This document shows positions 27,600-41,404 of a stretch of DNA of 62,960 nt, piece after piece. The notes under the pieces were generated by a model. The model saw only the letters and a program-made list of their open reading frames with translations. It ran no database searches and was not told the origin of the DNA. A program made the translations under genes and the position numbers. Numbering within the stretch: the first letter of the stretch is position 1; every line of letters starts with the position of its first letter. Source of the stretch: Priapulus caudatus (taxonomy: Eukaryota). The stretch spans positions 401,162-464,121 of the forward strand of contig NW_014577087.1 of NCBI RefSeq assembly GCF_000485595.1. Direction: 5' to 3'.

Positions 27600-30518
27600 T
27601 GTGTCAAAATTCTAAACGTTCCAATTGAAGTCGATTGTCATGTTTTAATTTGCAACCCGCAATTTAAATCCATTCCAAGACGCTTCAAGTGATGCCGATG
27701 CATTATGTATTACATTGAAACAAGGCCTCCCAATTTAATTCATGCAAACAACGTCAATTGATCGACTTAGATTGTGGTTATGACTTGAACAGCGTCAAGT
27801 TTAATGCCATAATCAACGTTCTAAACGTTGATCATCGATAGATGTTCCAATTGACCAGTCAATAAATTATCATTCAAGACGTTAATTGATCATAAGTTGA
27901 TTGTTCAACTTGAACAATCAATTAACATATCAAAGCATTCCAACTTGACAGATATCACAATCCCATTTATCATTCAATCAGATCTCACTTGAACCCGATG
28001 ATCAATTTAATCATTCAACATTCAATTGAACACATAATTTAATCATTTCAAAACATTTCAATTAACATCAATTTAATCATTCAAATCATTCAATTGAGCA
28101 ATTGAATGAATGAATTCCAAATTGAATCAACGTGAGATAGGCGACTTGATATCATGGAATCGTGAGCAATCGCCGAGGACTCGTATATAGCCAAACTTAA
28201 ACCCCCATGGCGCAGAGATTAAGAGCACATGACGGAAAACGTGGGTAGGACGTAGGGGGGGGGGGGGGTGGTGTGCTTAAGGAAACGTGCAATCGGCAAC
28301 GGTTCCGCAGCATACAGTGTGTGTACCTTCGTTTACTGCTGTACCCGCGTGTCGTGCGTGCTACCTCGCCGCGTGTACGGTGCGTGTACCCGCGGTGTAC
28401 GGTGCGTGTACCCGGCGTGTACTGCGTGTACATCCGCTGTGTACGGTTAGTGTTACTGCGTGAGCGCCGCCTGTGTACCCGCCTGACCGTTCGTTACCTC
28501 GTCGCCGTTGTAACTGCGTGTACGTTGCGGTGTGCAGTGCGTCGCACGTGCGTTTACCCATCCTGTACTCGGTACATGCTGACGGAGCGTGTACCCGCGT
28601 TCTACGTGCGTGTACCCGCGGTACGTCGCCGTGCTCCCGCGCGTTTACGTGCGCGACGTCGTCGCCACGTGCGGTACGTGCGTGCACACCCCCGTGCGTG
28701 TACTCCGCGGTGCACTGCGTGCACCTGCGCCCCCCCCCGTTGTCTCTTGTTGGCGCTCTTGGTGTACCGCGTGTTACGTCGCCGTGCTACCCGCGTGTAC
28801 TGCGTGTACCGCGCGTGTACGTGGCGTGTACCCTCGGTGTACGCCTGCGCGTACGTGCGTGCACGGTGCGTAGTACGTGGCGTGCACGTGCGTGTACTCT
28901 GGCTGTGCACTGCATGCACTTCCGCGTGTACCGTGCTTGATTGAGCTCTCGTGTACGTGCGTGTACCGCCGGCGTCGTACGTGTCGTGTAAACCCTGCGT
29001 GTACGGTGCGTGTACGACCCGCTGTACGTGCGATGTTACGCCGCGTTAGTACGTGCCGTACGTGCGTGCACGTGCTGTACGGTGCTTACACGTCGCGTGT
29101 CCCGCGTGCACGTGCCTTGCCACCCGCGCGTGTACATTGCCCCTTGTGTACTTCGAGCGCTGTACGTGCCCGTGTAACAGGGGGACCGCGTACTACTGAA
29201 CTGTACCCCGCGTGTACGTGCGGACGCCGCGGTACGTGCGCGTATTCGTGTACGTCGTGATTACGTGCGTGCATCGTGCGTCGTTACCCGCGCACGTGCG
29301 TCAGCTGATCCGCGTGTCACGTGCGTGCACCCGCGTGTAACTTGCTTGTGTACTCGCGTGTCGTGCGTGTTACCGCTGTACGTGGCCAGCACCGTGGGCG
29401 CGGTACACCGCACGTACACGCGCGTACATGCGGTAAAGCGGGAGATACACGGCCCGCACACCCCCCACAGAGACCATATAACACACGCACCTACACGCAG
29501 GTACCCGCAGATACACGCACAAGTACACGCGGTAGCACCAGGTCACGTTCACCTACGCGGCCTGCTCGTAGGCGCCGGCAAACGGGAAATACACCACTAT
29601 CACGCACGTACACGCGGCGTACTACTCACGATTACACCGGGTAACGCCAGGTACATCGCACCCGTGCATCCCGGTACCGCACGTACACGCGGGTACACCA
29701 CGTAACACGCGGTAACACAACATTAGCTGGAAACGTTGCCGATGCGTTTCTTTAGCCAACGTCCGTCTACCACGTTTCTCCGTCATTCTCTTATCTCTGG
29801 CGCATTGGTTCATTTTGGCGATATACAGCCTCGGCGCCATTGCTCCATTCCATATTCAATACGCCTATTACATTGATTCAATTTGGCAATTCCATCTCAT
29901 TCAATTTGCTCAATGAATGTTTGAATGATTAAATTATTGTTTCAATTGAATGTTTGAATGATTAAATTGATTGTTCATTGAATGTCTGACATGAATTAAA
30001 TTGACTTGTTCAATTGAATTTTGAAAATGATTAAATTGATTGTTCAATTGAATGTTTGAATGAATTAAATTGATTTTCCAATTGAATGTTGAATGATCTA
30101 AATTGATTGTTCAATTGAACAATCATTGATCAATTGCAACCGTTTGAATATATAAATACTGTTCAAATGAAACAATCAAGTCGAATCCAATTGACACAAT
30201 GCATCGAATAATTGAATGTTAATGATAAATTGACTGTTCAATTTGACAATGCAATTCGATATATATTGTGAATGTTGAATAGATTAAATTGACAGTTCAA
30301 TTTGAAAGCAACTCAATCCGATCAATTGAACAATCAATCGAATAATGAATTTTGAATGATTAAATTGCCTGTTCAATTAACAATCAATCGATCAATCTGA
30401 ACAATCAATCGAATAATGAATTTTAATGATTAAATTGACTGTTCAATTGAACCCATCAATCGAAATGTTTGAACGATTAAATTGACTGTTCCATTGAAAC
30501 GTTTGAATTTTGACACAC
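27600..30518. mobile_element. ~2.9-kb foldback with modular inverted arms (AT-rich outer, GC-rich inner tandem domains)
   Basis: tgtgtcaaaattctaaacgtt at the left end and aacgtttgaattttgacaca at the right end. Mirrored caattgaa/ttcaattg arrays, mirrored unique segments (about 28130-28310 vs 29730-29880), and gtacccgcgt versus acgcgggtac arrays. Sequence is noisy. Confidence 0.7.
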
Positions 30519-31334
30519 TAAGTTCCCTCCCATATCATCAGCTGAGCAGCTAGCATCAACTCGTTGCGTAACGTTCAGGAAAGATGATGAGCAGATATCC
30601 AGCGCGAAGAACACACCAGCAATTCCGAGATCTGCTCAAATCACAATTTCACCAAGCCGTGTAGGCATCGTAACACATTCACCCCGTGGCAAACGCCCCC
30701 CACCCCACACCACACGCACGCACCGCACGCACGCAACGCACGGCACACGCACGCACGCACGCACCACGCACACACACACACAACACACCACACACAAAGA
30801 GCGAGCGAGCACACACACCTCACACACGCTGCGCACACACATACACACAGCACAACGCCACACATGCTACATGGCATAGCATGTCTGGCTTATGCGCCTC
30901 ATAAACTACAATATGACTCAGATTTGACATTTATTGCCCGTGGCACAAATGTGCAGGGAAGACGTTCGCCACGAGGAGTTGTATATTACGCTACACAGGG
31001 GTACCATGTACGCCTTCGCTAGCCACCCAACTAGTATGGAGTTACACTTCCAATTAGATGGCTCGTACTAAGTTATTCAAGTCATTACACGTTTTTAAAT
31101 AAATGCGTTTTTGTTTCAAGTATGTTTTCTAGACACCCTCTTTTGATTACTATTACGGTTGTTTGCACCGAAACAGTAGTACTAAGTAGCATTTCAAGGT
31201 AAGCGACCACGCAGAGTAGATTTCTCCCCCCACTTAAAAACCAACATTCGCAAGGTTATGCAATTACGTAAGATTCGGAACCGACAGATTACAGCGATTT
31301 AGGAAGTAACTTTACTATCAGTATAATACCTTAA

Positions 31335-31824
31335 AGGCTCACAATGACGCATTCCCAAACCTAATTTCTCCAAGTACTAACTGCAGCAAATATTCGTGTC
31401 AATCGCATAATCACAGCTACCTTAATGACAAAATAAATCTAGTGCTCCCCATTTCACTGCGCGTTTGGCTTAAAACCCCAAGAAAAGTGAGAAAAAATGG
31501 CCTGGCATTCTGGCGCAAACGTTTCCAAACAATATAGCCTCGAAGTGGTGACGTGACGTCACATGTTTTTATCTTTGCTGCGTCCGTACCGCTGTACCGC
31601 AGCACCGCTGCACGGTTGCTTGGGGATTGGGGAAACTGTCAACAACATCGGAGAATTTCAACAACATTGGAGGTATTTTCAAAATACCTTTTATAAGACA
31701 ACGTACAGTGAAATGAGAGGAACTAGAGTTTATTTTGTCATAAGGTAGTGTGATTATGCATGCCACGAAGTATTTGCTAGTCTAGTACTGGAGAAATTAG
31801 TGTTTGGATGCGCATTGTGAGCCT
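31335..31824. mobile_element. Kolobok-like MITE
   Basis: ttaa|aggctcacaatg ... cattgtgagcct|ttaa; perfect 12-bp TIR, TTAA TSD, purine-purine terminus. Confidence 0.8.
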
Positions 31825-32902
31825 TTAATATTGTTATTAATAATAAAATTATCATTGCACGTCTCTATGGCAACCGCAAACACTTTTCGTAAGAACGAGA
31901 ATGTTCCGTGCATTTCTAATCAAACTGTCACGTTTGATAAATGCTATTCATTTCGTTTCACAACAGCAGCGGCAGTACGACGGACGGCGGATGGAGCCAC
32001 GGCTAAATTAAATATGCTGTCACACATCTGCTGGGACACGTTTAAAATTGAATCCGATGAACTCATCAATAAACAATCACTTCATCAACGGATGAATACG
32101 AAGTAAGCGAGAAAGAGCAAGAGAGGGGGAGAGAAGGGTATACAGCGTGATAAAGCCTCCCCCAGCTGCGACTAAACAATGCGCAATCAATCTACCTTGA
32201 GTAACAGAGGGACAGCAGAACCATATTGCACGGTCGACATTTCACGCGTAAAAATCCAGCGAACCCGCTAGCCAGGCGTATCTAATACACGAATACCGCG
32301 AGTGACAGCGCCCGGGTTGATTTGTTTACGAGCGAAATCACCGCAGAAAAACACACCTGCCTCTAGCGATCGCCATACAGTTCGCACACTTGCCCCCGTT
32401 AACATACAAAATGCTGACATACCAGTGTGGAACTAAGTATATTAGTTGTTATTAGGTATGTATATGACGTCGCACGCCACCACGCTGCGACCCATCGCTC
32501 TTTCCGAATTGTATCTAATCATCCGGTCTGTGGAGGAAGAAGGAGAGCCGCAGCATCAGCGCCGAGCCACGGTTAACCCTCCCACTAATGGTTAAAGCGC
32601 ACCGCGCAATCCCGCACCGCCGCATCCCACCGAGTTAATGATTGCGATGACGTCATCGCGCGGCGGCGTGGGGCCCTGCGGTGGAGAGCGCGTTCCGCAC
32701 TGGAAGCACGAGGCAGGAGAAGGCAGGCAGGCAGGCGGGCATCAGGCCCTAATCCACTCATCGCGTCGCGTGGAAATTCGCTCTCTCCCTAATAGGTATA
32801 CGGAGCTTAGCGACGCGGCTGAATGCGAAACGAAAGACGGACGTGCGTCATGTCTCTTGCACACTTTAGTCGCTTCCTAACGATGTTAGGCGCATATATT
32901 AT

Positions 32903-33220
32903 CAGGAGTTACGCGCCTCCTTCCAGTTGCTGTGTATGCGAATTTACCGCTTGGCCTCGCCACACGACGGTAAATAACGTGAAAACCATGTCGTGCAAAA
33001 GTACGATTTATAATACTACCGGAAGATAGAATAAGGACCAGTGAACAAAAGAAGATCATGTTTGTATACATTTGTATTTTTATTCACATCGAACTCGTAC
33101 GACAAAATGTAGTGAAATCAGTACCAAATACGTGTCAAACTCCTTTGTCATTATTAGCTCCTGATGTAGTGAAATCAGTACCAAATACGTGTCAAACTCG
33201 TTTGTCTTTATTAACTCCTG
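32903..33220. mobile_element. 318-bp longer member of the CARGAG / 7-bp TSD family, right end tandemly duplicated
   Basis: atattat|caggagtta ... taactcctg|atattat; a 57-bp unit ending in ctcctg occurs twice (33107-33163, 33164-33220). Confidence 0.7.
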
Positions 33221-33691
33221 ATATTATTACTACAACTCGCTGCCCCTTACGATTAGAGTACCACGCGAGATATTTTTTCCCCTGCCAGTGTATCGTTTTT
33301 CGCCCCGAATCCGAAGGGTTTTTATTTAATCTGCGTAGAGCAAAATGTCACTGATTTCAGCAGTGAAAGCTCCGGGAAAAAATTCCACCACTCACCCGAC
33401 TTTCGGCGGCGGCACATGTAAGTTTCTGGTGGCTTTTCCCTAAATTGCCGATATGTTATGGACTCGGCTCTCGCTGCACAGGAAAACAGAGGGGCTCTGT
33501 CATGTACGGATGGCATGCACCGCTACGCTCCGTATTCAAAGCAGGTCTTTGTCTTCACGAATCACTGGGGGCGGCACCGCGCGAAGCAACAACGCATGCA
33601 ATATCACTCACTCACTTACTGACTCTCACGCACGCGAACGCGGCGGGTGTAATAAGGCGAAGTACTGGTGTCGCTGCTGACGCGATCGGGC

Positions 33692-33756
<65 letters not shown>

Positions 33757-33784
33757 GCGGGAGGGAGAGAGAGACTGTTATTGT

Positions 33785-33850
33785 CAAGAGCTAATAGCCT
33801 AATAATATTTATTAGCTAGAGCTAAAAACCTAAGGTATTATTAGCTCTTG
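33785..33850. mobile_element. CARGAG micro-hairpin element with internal duplication
   Basis: ttattgt|caagagctaata...tattagctcttg|ttattat; TSD 6/7. Confidence 0.7.
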
Positions 33851-34424
33851 TTATTATCCCTGCCAGTAGACGACACGAGCTGTCATCGGTCACTCCCAGC
33901 CGCAGGTGAACGCCGCGTTAACAACTCCCAAGATGATCTGCAAGCAGCTATGACAAATACGGCACAGACATGTATGCCTTGCTATCACTATATTGATCAT
34001 AGAATCGTACCCGATGATGAATACACTCATACTCATAGCCGGTATGCATTCCGTATATTAAATCATGATTTGTAAAATCTGAGTGACAGCTAGGCGTACA
34101 TAACAATGTCAGGTTTTGTCATAGTTGCTTGCAGAACATATAGCAGTTTCTGCGTCGCCGGCGATGAATACGTACGTAGAAAATCGGACACGCGCTCGCA
34201 TCTCGACTCAGCGCCTTGAGGCGTAACATATAGAAAATACAGGGCAGAGACAAAGTAAAACAAAATGAAGTTTGAAGTGTTCACGATTGACCGCTTCGCG
34301 TTTTTACCCGTTTTCCAGCATTGAATCTTAGACGCTGGAACTAGGAAGGGTATGGGCCTGATGCCTTCCCCGGACTCGCAAGTGAACAGTATCGATATTC
34401 GATACTAACAGAGAAGTGAGTTAA

Positions 34425-34590
34425 AGGGAGATAGGGGGAGAGAGGGGAAGAGATGGGAGTGAAAGGGAGATAGGGGAAGAGATGGGAGTGAAAGGGAGAT
34501 ACGGGGAGAGAGGGGAAGAGATGGGAGTGAAGGGGAGATAAGGGGAGAGAGGGGAAGAGATGGGAGTGAAGGGAGGGAGATACGGGGAGA
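34425..34590. repeat. ~40-bp purine-rich tandem repeat (ggggaagagatgggagtgaa...)
   Basis: Direct inspection. Confidence 0.85.
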
Positions 34591-35575
34591 GGGGGGCCAG
34601 CCCCCCATGCACGCACTGCCTGCCAGCGACTCGATTATACGCCAGACGTGATTTATAACAGTTATTGTATGCGATTGTTGACTTCGCTCAGGCAGCGGCG
34701 GTTCAAGGTGGACTGCGATCGTAAACAGTCGCGTAATGATGCGTTCTCGCAGCGTTCGTGTCCCTAAAGCCGTCATCCGACGACCGACGATGCGAATCGA
34801 GCGACAGAGAGCGCCAGTCGATCGCGCCGAAAAAAGACCTGGCAGGTGTACAGTGCGCGAGAGATTTTGAATTCCTCCGTTTTTTTTCGCCCCGCGTGCG
34901 TCTGCCCCCGACTCAAAATAAACGTCGACGGCATCACGTCATTACGCATACGTGCGTCCGTAATCGCACGTACGGAGATTTGTTTATTTTCCTTCGGTTT
35001 TGGACCAAGATTGTTTTTCCTGGTTTCCCGAGGGGCAAACAAAAATTCCTCTATCCGGGAACAGGTGGTGGAATTTCGAAAAGGAAAGCAATCGGCCCAT
35101 GTTGTGAGTTCTTGGCCTAAAATATTCCACATGCCGCGCAAGCTTGCGCATTCCCAGATGTCTGGATAAGAAGATAATCAGACATCTGATCCTCATCCCC
35201 AATCGCGGTGGACAGCGGTAACCACCACAGTTTTGCTTCGTTATGTCGTACCATAAACGATTCAGCCATTTCCGTATACGGCGTCTTCTAGTAGTGCTTT
35301 GCAACGGCTAGTTCTCTACTCACGCAATTCTGAATATATATGCATTTACCGCGCATAACAAACTACTCACGTAATCCAGTTGCTTCAGGAAACCGAACTT
35401 AAAACTCAATTGGAGTTGATTTTCTACGAATATTTCCCCGTAACTGTATTACAGCGGGATGTATCATCAATTGACGACGCTTCTCGCCGGTTTTAATGTG
35501 AATTTCACCGCATTACGTAAAAGTACGCATTACATCGCCGATGCACCGCGGCATGCCCGTCAAGGAAGCGGGGAC

Positions 35576-35629
<54 letters not shown>

Positions 35630-36555
35630 CCCACGCACGCACGCCTGAACCAGAACGGTGGGGTAGGCCGAGCCTATATCGTGCCGTACCGTGCCAACTA
35701 GCTCCAAGAAACGGTCTTGCTAGGGTTAGAAGACCGTTTCAAACATTGGCTGCAGCTAAAAACGTAGTTGTCGTATTTGCCAAGCATCGCCAAAGAACAC
35801 TTCACATGTGATATACCAAATGAATGGCGGTATACATCCACCTTCTTGTAACCATCAGTGCGCTACGATGCGCTGGGTACTTACGGGGTTTACTGCGACT
35901 TTTTGAGACGAATGCAACCAAAATCATGAACTTGCCGCCACCATTTATTTGTATCATTCCGGCTGTGACTAAAATCCGCAATCGACCGAACAAGTTGTTT
36001 TATTTTTGTGAATTACTTTTGTCTTTAAGTTTTTAATTTTGTTTTTCACATATTTTTCGTAACTTGTGATTTTGTAACTTTCACATATTTTTTAAAATGT
36101 GCTCGTGCGTAAGTACTATACTTATAGTATCAATAACTGCATCGCGGAGACTTTTCCTTTTCGGGTTTTCCGTGTCTCGTTGAGCATGCGCAGAGTAAAC
36201 ATGGCGGTTAAACAATTGTAAACAAAAGTTGATATGCTGTGAGAATTAGCAGATTATACCGTGAATTAAGAGATACATTCTAGTTTAGAAGCAGGACAAC
36301 TGTGAGTTAACGTTCATATTTCAAACAAGGCAAGTCAAAGATGGCAATAGAATAGTTTTATTTGAGATATACAGATTACAGATATTGAGATATACAGATT
36401 TATTCATCTAGATCTGCAGAGGTGATCGGTTTTTTGTATGGAAGGGTGTCAGGCTGTATATAGACAATCAGTCGCACAGCCTCGCCGGGCTACGTGCCAA
36501 CATGCCCCTCGCCCTCTTCCTCTCTTTTCCCCCTTCGCCCACTATATATATATAT

Positions 36556-36600
36556 CAAGAGCTAATAATACCTATTAGTATTAGGTATTATTAGCTCTTG
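36556..36600. mobile_element. CARGAG micro-hairpin element (19-bp arms, 7-nt loop) in a (TA)n tract
   Basis: caagagctaataataccta-ttagtat-taggtattattagctcttg. Confidence 0.8.
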
Positions 36601-36612
36601 ATATATATATAT

Positions 36613-37520
36613 GGGCAATTCCACGGTAACGGAATTACAATTCAGATAAATTTTTGTCTTAGTTTTACCTGCCAAAGCTTAGTCCAACAGCTGAACTGAT
36701 GAACTAAACCCTTATTAGTTCTGCTGATACCCCTGCTTTGTTGGTAAAAACATAGTTCAGAGAAATCCCTTACGTGGGAGGGAGTGTGACCAAGAAAGTG
36801 TCGGTAACGGAATTACGGCAGAAAATAGGGTCTTATTTTTACCTCAACTTTCAGAGGGAGTTCTCTGAAATCTATAATAGGAGGGCAACATGTTTTCCAT
36901 GNNNNNNNNNNAAACTTCTAACTACTCCATAAAAGCTTCTTAAAAGAACTTTGTAATTCCGTTACCATTGTAATTCCGTTACCATGTAATTCCGTTACCA
37001 TGTAATTCTGTTACAATGTTTGTTTAGGAATACATATTCCTGAAATTAATGTTTAAGGCTTTGTGTAGGTATATGAAATAAGAGAATTTAGAATAACAAG
37101 GTTCTATGTCCAGAAATAAGATGAGGAAGAAAACAACATTGTGATTTTGGTAACGGAATTACGGTAAAAAAGGCAAGATTTTGCCGTTCCCTCACAAAGT
37201 TAAAAGATCATGTGGTTCAAAATGCTTTACAACACAATACAATTGGGTATAAACCACCACAAATACAGTGTGTAGAAAGGAATAATATATACAATTAGCT
37301 ATCTGTGGCCTTTGGACTGAATTGCCTGTAGTTTTCCTTTCTAAAGGTATAAATATCCCAAATTTCAAATCCAGTTTTTAGGAAAACTAATGATGGTAAT
37401 TCAAAATGGTTTTCAGTTTTTTATTTGATATATAATTGTTTACTGAGAAAATGTATTCTGATTTAAATAAAACAATCTTTCAAAAATGATGTTTTAGGCA
37501 TCTCTCATGTGGAATTGCCC
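36613..37520. mobile_element. ~0.9-kb non-autonomous DNA transposon inserted in (AT)n, possibly ISL2EU/Harbinger-like
   Basis: at|gggcaattccac ... gtggaattgccc|at; internal ggtaacggaattac motif repeated in both orientations. Confidence 0.8.
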
Positions 37521-37838
37521 ATATATATATATATATATTATATCGTGATTATATATATATACATCTTCGCGCTCGGCATTCGCACGCACACAATCGTCTA
37601 GGCCGCCGTACAACAGCGGCTTTATCGGCGCGGCGAGGTTCAGTGGCTTTTTCGCAAAATCGCCGAGCCGCGCGGCCGAGATGAAACACGTGCATGTTTG
37701 CGGGACATTACACCGACGCATGCGAGCGTGCAGGCTTTTTTTTAAATTTGCAGTGCACATTTTGCAGTGGAACCTTTACCGCCAACTGTACGCACACGGC
37801 AAAATGCACGACAATCGATCCCTGACCATTATAACGAA

Positions 37839-38152
37839 CACAGGCACTTGGAACGTCTCAATAAAAAAATAATGGTAAATAAACACGAAATGTATTTACT
37901 ACCAAAGTCTCAATGTTTCTCTACTCTATTTCGCCTATTATTGCCGATAACTTCCTGTAAATGCCGTTCAAATGCTCCTGTGCAACACACAAGTACACCG
38001 CACGCACGCCCTGTGCACAAACAACAAGAATAATTCTTTAAGATTAACATTAAGAATTATATTAACATTAACATTAAGACTTTGGTAGTAAATACATTTC
38101 GTGTTTATTTACCATGATTATTTTTTTTATTGAGACGTTCCAAGTGCCAGTG
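37839..38152. mobile_element. CACAGG MITE, both ends present, P-superfamily-like
   Basis: ataacgaa|cacaggcacttggaacgtctcaat ... attgagacgttccaagtgccagtg|ataacgat; ~80-bp inverted arms, TSD 7/8. Confidence 0.85.
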
Positions 38153-38393
38153 ATAACGATGCTGCTCAAAATGTACGCGTTGTACTACAGCTATATGGTA
38201 ATACTATATGGTTATTAGTATGTGTAGTGATTGGGGCACGCGACATGACCTTGGGAACACTAACTTTTATCATATATTTACGGGCCATCTAAAACTGCTT
38301 AGTGCTAGATGGTAATCAGCTATTCATATAATTATAATATAATTCATATATAATATCATTCAATACATAAGAGCACGACGATGACTATTTTAT

Positions 38394-38431
38394 CAAGAGT
38401 CCATAACAGAATTTTCTATTACGGACTCTTG
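38394..38431. mobile_element. CARGAG micro-hairpin element, decayed
   Basis: attttat|caagagtccataacagaattttctattacggactcttg|atcttgt; two arm mismatches, TSD 5/7. Confidence 0.6.
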
Positions 38432-39335
38432 ATCTTGTGCATCTCTTTTCGATATTCCGTAGATGATTGAGTATATAAGAAAGTGCATAAACACGGCTGC
38501 TCGTGTATTTAATTTGCACCCGCGCAATTTTAAAACCTGTGAGATACTACTGTGAGGCGTTTTGCTGTGAGACATAGGGAGGTGAGGCGTAGAACCGTGA
38601 GACCCATACTGACATGCTTTTATATTAACAGGAGTGGCAGTGAAGGTAGAGCTCCCCCCACTCAGGGCCAAACTTATAACAACAGTGTATCGAGATCATT
38701 GATACAGCATAGCCTCGTACAAACATTCACGAAGTGTAACATGATACGTTATAGTTGGTCACATGGGGAATACCATGGCATAGTAACAGAAGTAACTACG
38801 ATCACTAACGCTGTGACTACACCATCCAACAATCAATACGTCTTGCAGAGTTCACGCCTTGCAAAGAGAGCCTTGCTGTTTCACGCCGCTGTAATACGGT
38901 ATACGTCCCCTTATGGGGAAAAGCCCCCCCCCCTGCTACATTTGCGCATGGGCATGAGCATGTATGTCTAAAAGGGCGCGCCATAACCGTGACTCGGACG
39001 TGACCTTTACTGAGCATGTGCAATGTAGAGGGGGATGTTTTCCATAGCGGGGACTTACGCCATTCCACACCGGCCGCCAGTGGTCAAACCTCCTTCCAGA
39101 CACACAGAGAAAATCTACAGTACAGTTGCGTAGACTACGCAACACCGATAGAAAACACATCGCCTTTGCCCGGCCAAGCCTAGCTTCGTCACGCAAGTCT
39201 GCAACAATGAGATTCAAATGCCGCTCGAGTTTGCTCGTGTAAAAGAGTTAGCAACTATAGCGAAACTGCGAAAATGCGGCCGAGATTTGTTGACACAAAG
39301 GGCCGGCTCATCTTTGCACACCCTCAACTCGCTTT

Positions 39336-39411
<76 letters not shown>

Positions 39412-40045
39412 CTGTCCATGCTCATGCTCTCTCTCTCATCTCTCTCCTGTCTCCTCTACTCTGTCTCTCACTCACTGTCTCTCTCTACTGACTCTCTCTC
39501 TGTCTCTCTCTCTGTCTGTTCTCTGTGTCTCTGTCTCTGTCTGCTGTCTGCTGTCTCTGTTCAACCGTGCCTCTACATCTCTCTCCTCTCTCTCTCTCTC
39601 TCTCATTCTCTCTCCTCATCTCTCCNNNNNNNNNNNNNNNNNNNNNNNNNNNNNNNNNNNNNNNNNNNNNNNNNNNNNNNNNNNNNNNNNNNNNNNNNNN
39701 NNNNNNNNNNNNNNNNNNNNNNNNNNNNNNNNNNNNNNNNNNNNNNNNNNNNNNNNNNNNNNNNNNNNNNNNNNNNNNNNNNNNNNNNNNNNNNNNNNNN
39801 NNNNNNNNNNNNNNNNNNNNNNNNNNNNNNNNNNNNNNNNNNNNNNNNNNNNNNNNNNNNNNNNNNNNNNNNNNNNNNNNNNNNNNNNNNNNNNNNNNNN
39901 NNNNNNNNNNNNNNNNNNNNNNNNNNNNNNNNNNNNNNNNNNNNNNNNNNNNNNNNNNNNNNNNNNNNNNNNNNNNNNNNNNNNNNNNNNNNNNNNNNNN
40001 NNNNNNNNNNNNNNNNNNNNNNNNCTGTCTCTGTCTCTGTCTCTG

Positions 40046-40081
<36 letters not shown>

Positions 40082-41364
40082 CCTCTCTCTCTCTCCCCCC
40101 CCCGCTCCATCACACATAAGCATCGCAGCGCTCGAACACGGCAGTAGTGTGGACTCAGTTCCGCCTCGGAAGCTTTCTTTAGCCGAGCTTCCAAACAGAG
40201 ACGTGTAAATCTGCTGCTGGCCGGTGTCGTGCGCGCGGCTGCGTACATAACGTCACGTACAGCCCTGCGATCTTGCCTCCCATCGCACCGCCATGCTCTA
40301 CAATAACTATACAACGTGCGTAGGTGCGTACGTGCGTGCGTGCGTGTGTGTACGTGTGTGCGCGCGTGCGTGCGTGTGCGCGTGCGTGCGTCGACGCTTT
40401 CCGGCCTGCGATAATTGCATTCTGCAGGTGTTTCGAGTGCGTGGCAATGAACCGATGACTCGCAGTGAAAAGCGACGCCTCGCCATCCGCGCGAATTTGA
40501 CGGAATGACCCCATCAGACTTAACTCCAAGATGCCTTTCACACGCGGCGCTCTCAATGGGACACGAGGTGACCATGCACCTGCCTACGGCTCCCCCGTTT
40601 GGCCTCAGCAAGGTGTTACCTGGTTTTTCGGCACACTGTTACCATGGAGTACACGTGCTAACGGAGTGCGAATTCGACGTGGCCAATAAATGGCATTGTA
40701 CTTTTCAATTAGCATCCACTTTGCCAGGCCAAGCAAGTCTGGTTTGCATGTATTAGTTTACGGACTCGGCAAGCCATATCTTAGTTGAAAACAGCGCAGG
40801 TTTTGCCCATATATCCTGCCAAAAACAGCTGAAGTTGGACGGGCAGCAAGACTCGTCGTGGCATCAATCATGTAAGATATAAATTCTGACAGAACGTCTA
40901 CGTACCGCTCTGTTCCAACCGGACAAATACTCCAAAAAACTCACAAAAACATATATATATATTAATTGTAACAGGTTCCCTCGCAGTTCGTACGCATAAT
41001 AAAGCCTGGAAATCAACACTTGCAACCTGTTCACCCAACTCCTGAAATTCTATTTAACAAACATTGCCAGACCGACAAACAATCTTCACACAGAACTGCA
41101 AAGGTTTTACGATTATTCCCATGCACCTCTTAATCAATAACCGATCTAACATGAAGTCACAGCACATGAAGTCAGCATGAGCCCGATCAAATACCTATGG
41201 ATTAACACATGGCCTCTGCTCATCGCATTCTCGGAAACAGCTGCACACAGACAGACATAAGGCAGGTACACGCACAGAATTACGAAGGTACAGCATGTGA
41301 CAGCTAGGGCGCGCAAGCGTTTACAAGTGTGTATGTATAAACGTAAGATATTATATATATATAT

Positions 41365-41404
41365 CAGGAGTAGATAAAGGGGGGGGTCCCTTTATCTACT
41401 CCTG
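41365..41404. mobile_element. CARGAG micro-hairpin element next to a gap
   Basis: caggagtagataaaggg-gggggt-ccctttatctactcctg after (AT)n. Confidence 0.75.

Noticed and set aside
28197..29840. Cluster of long Arg/Val/Cys-rich ORFs
   Set aside because: Translations of the gtacccgcgt array in noisy sequence.
36181..36306. Plus-strand aaacATGGCG start followed by a gtgagt donor
   Set aside because: Stop after six codons and no continuous frame; at most a decayed fragment.
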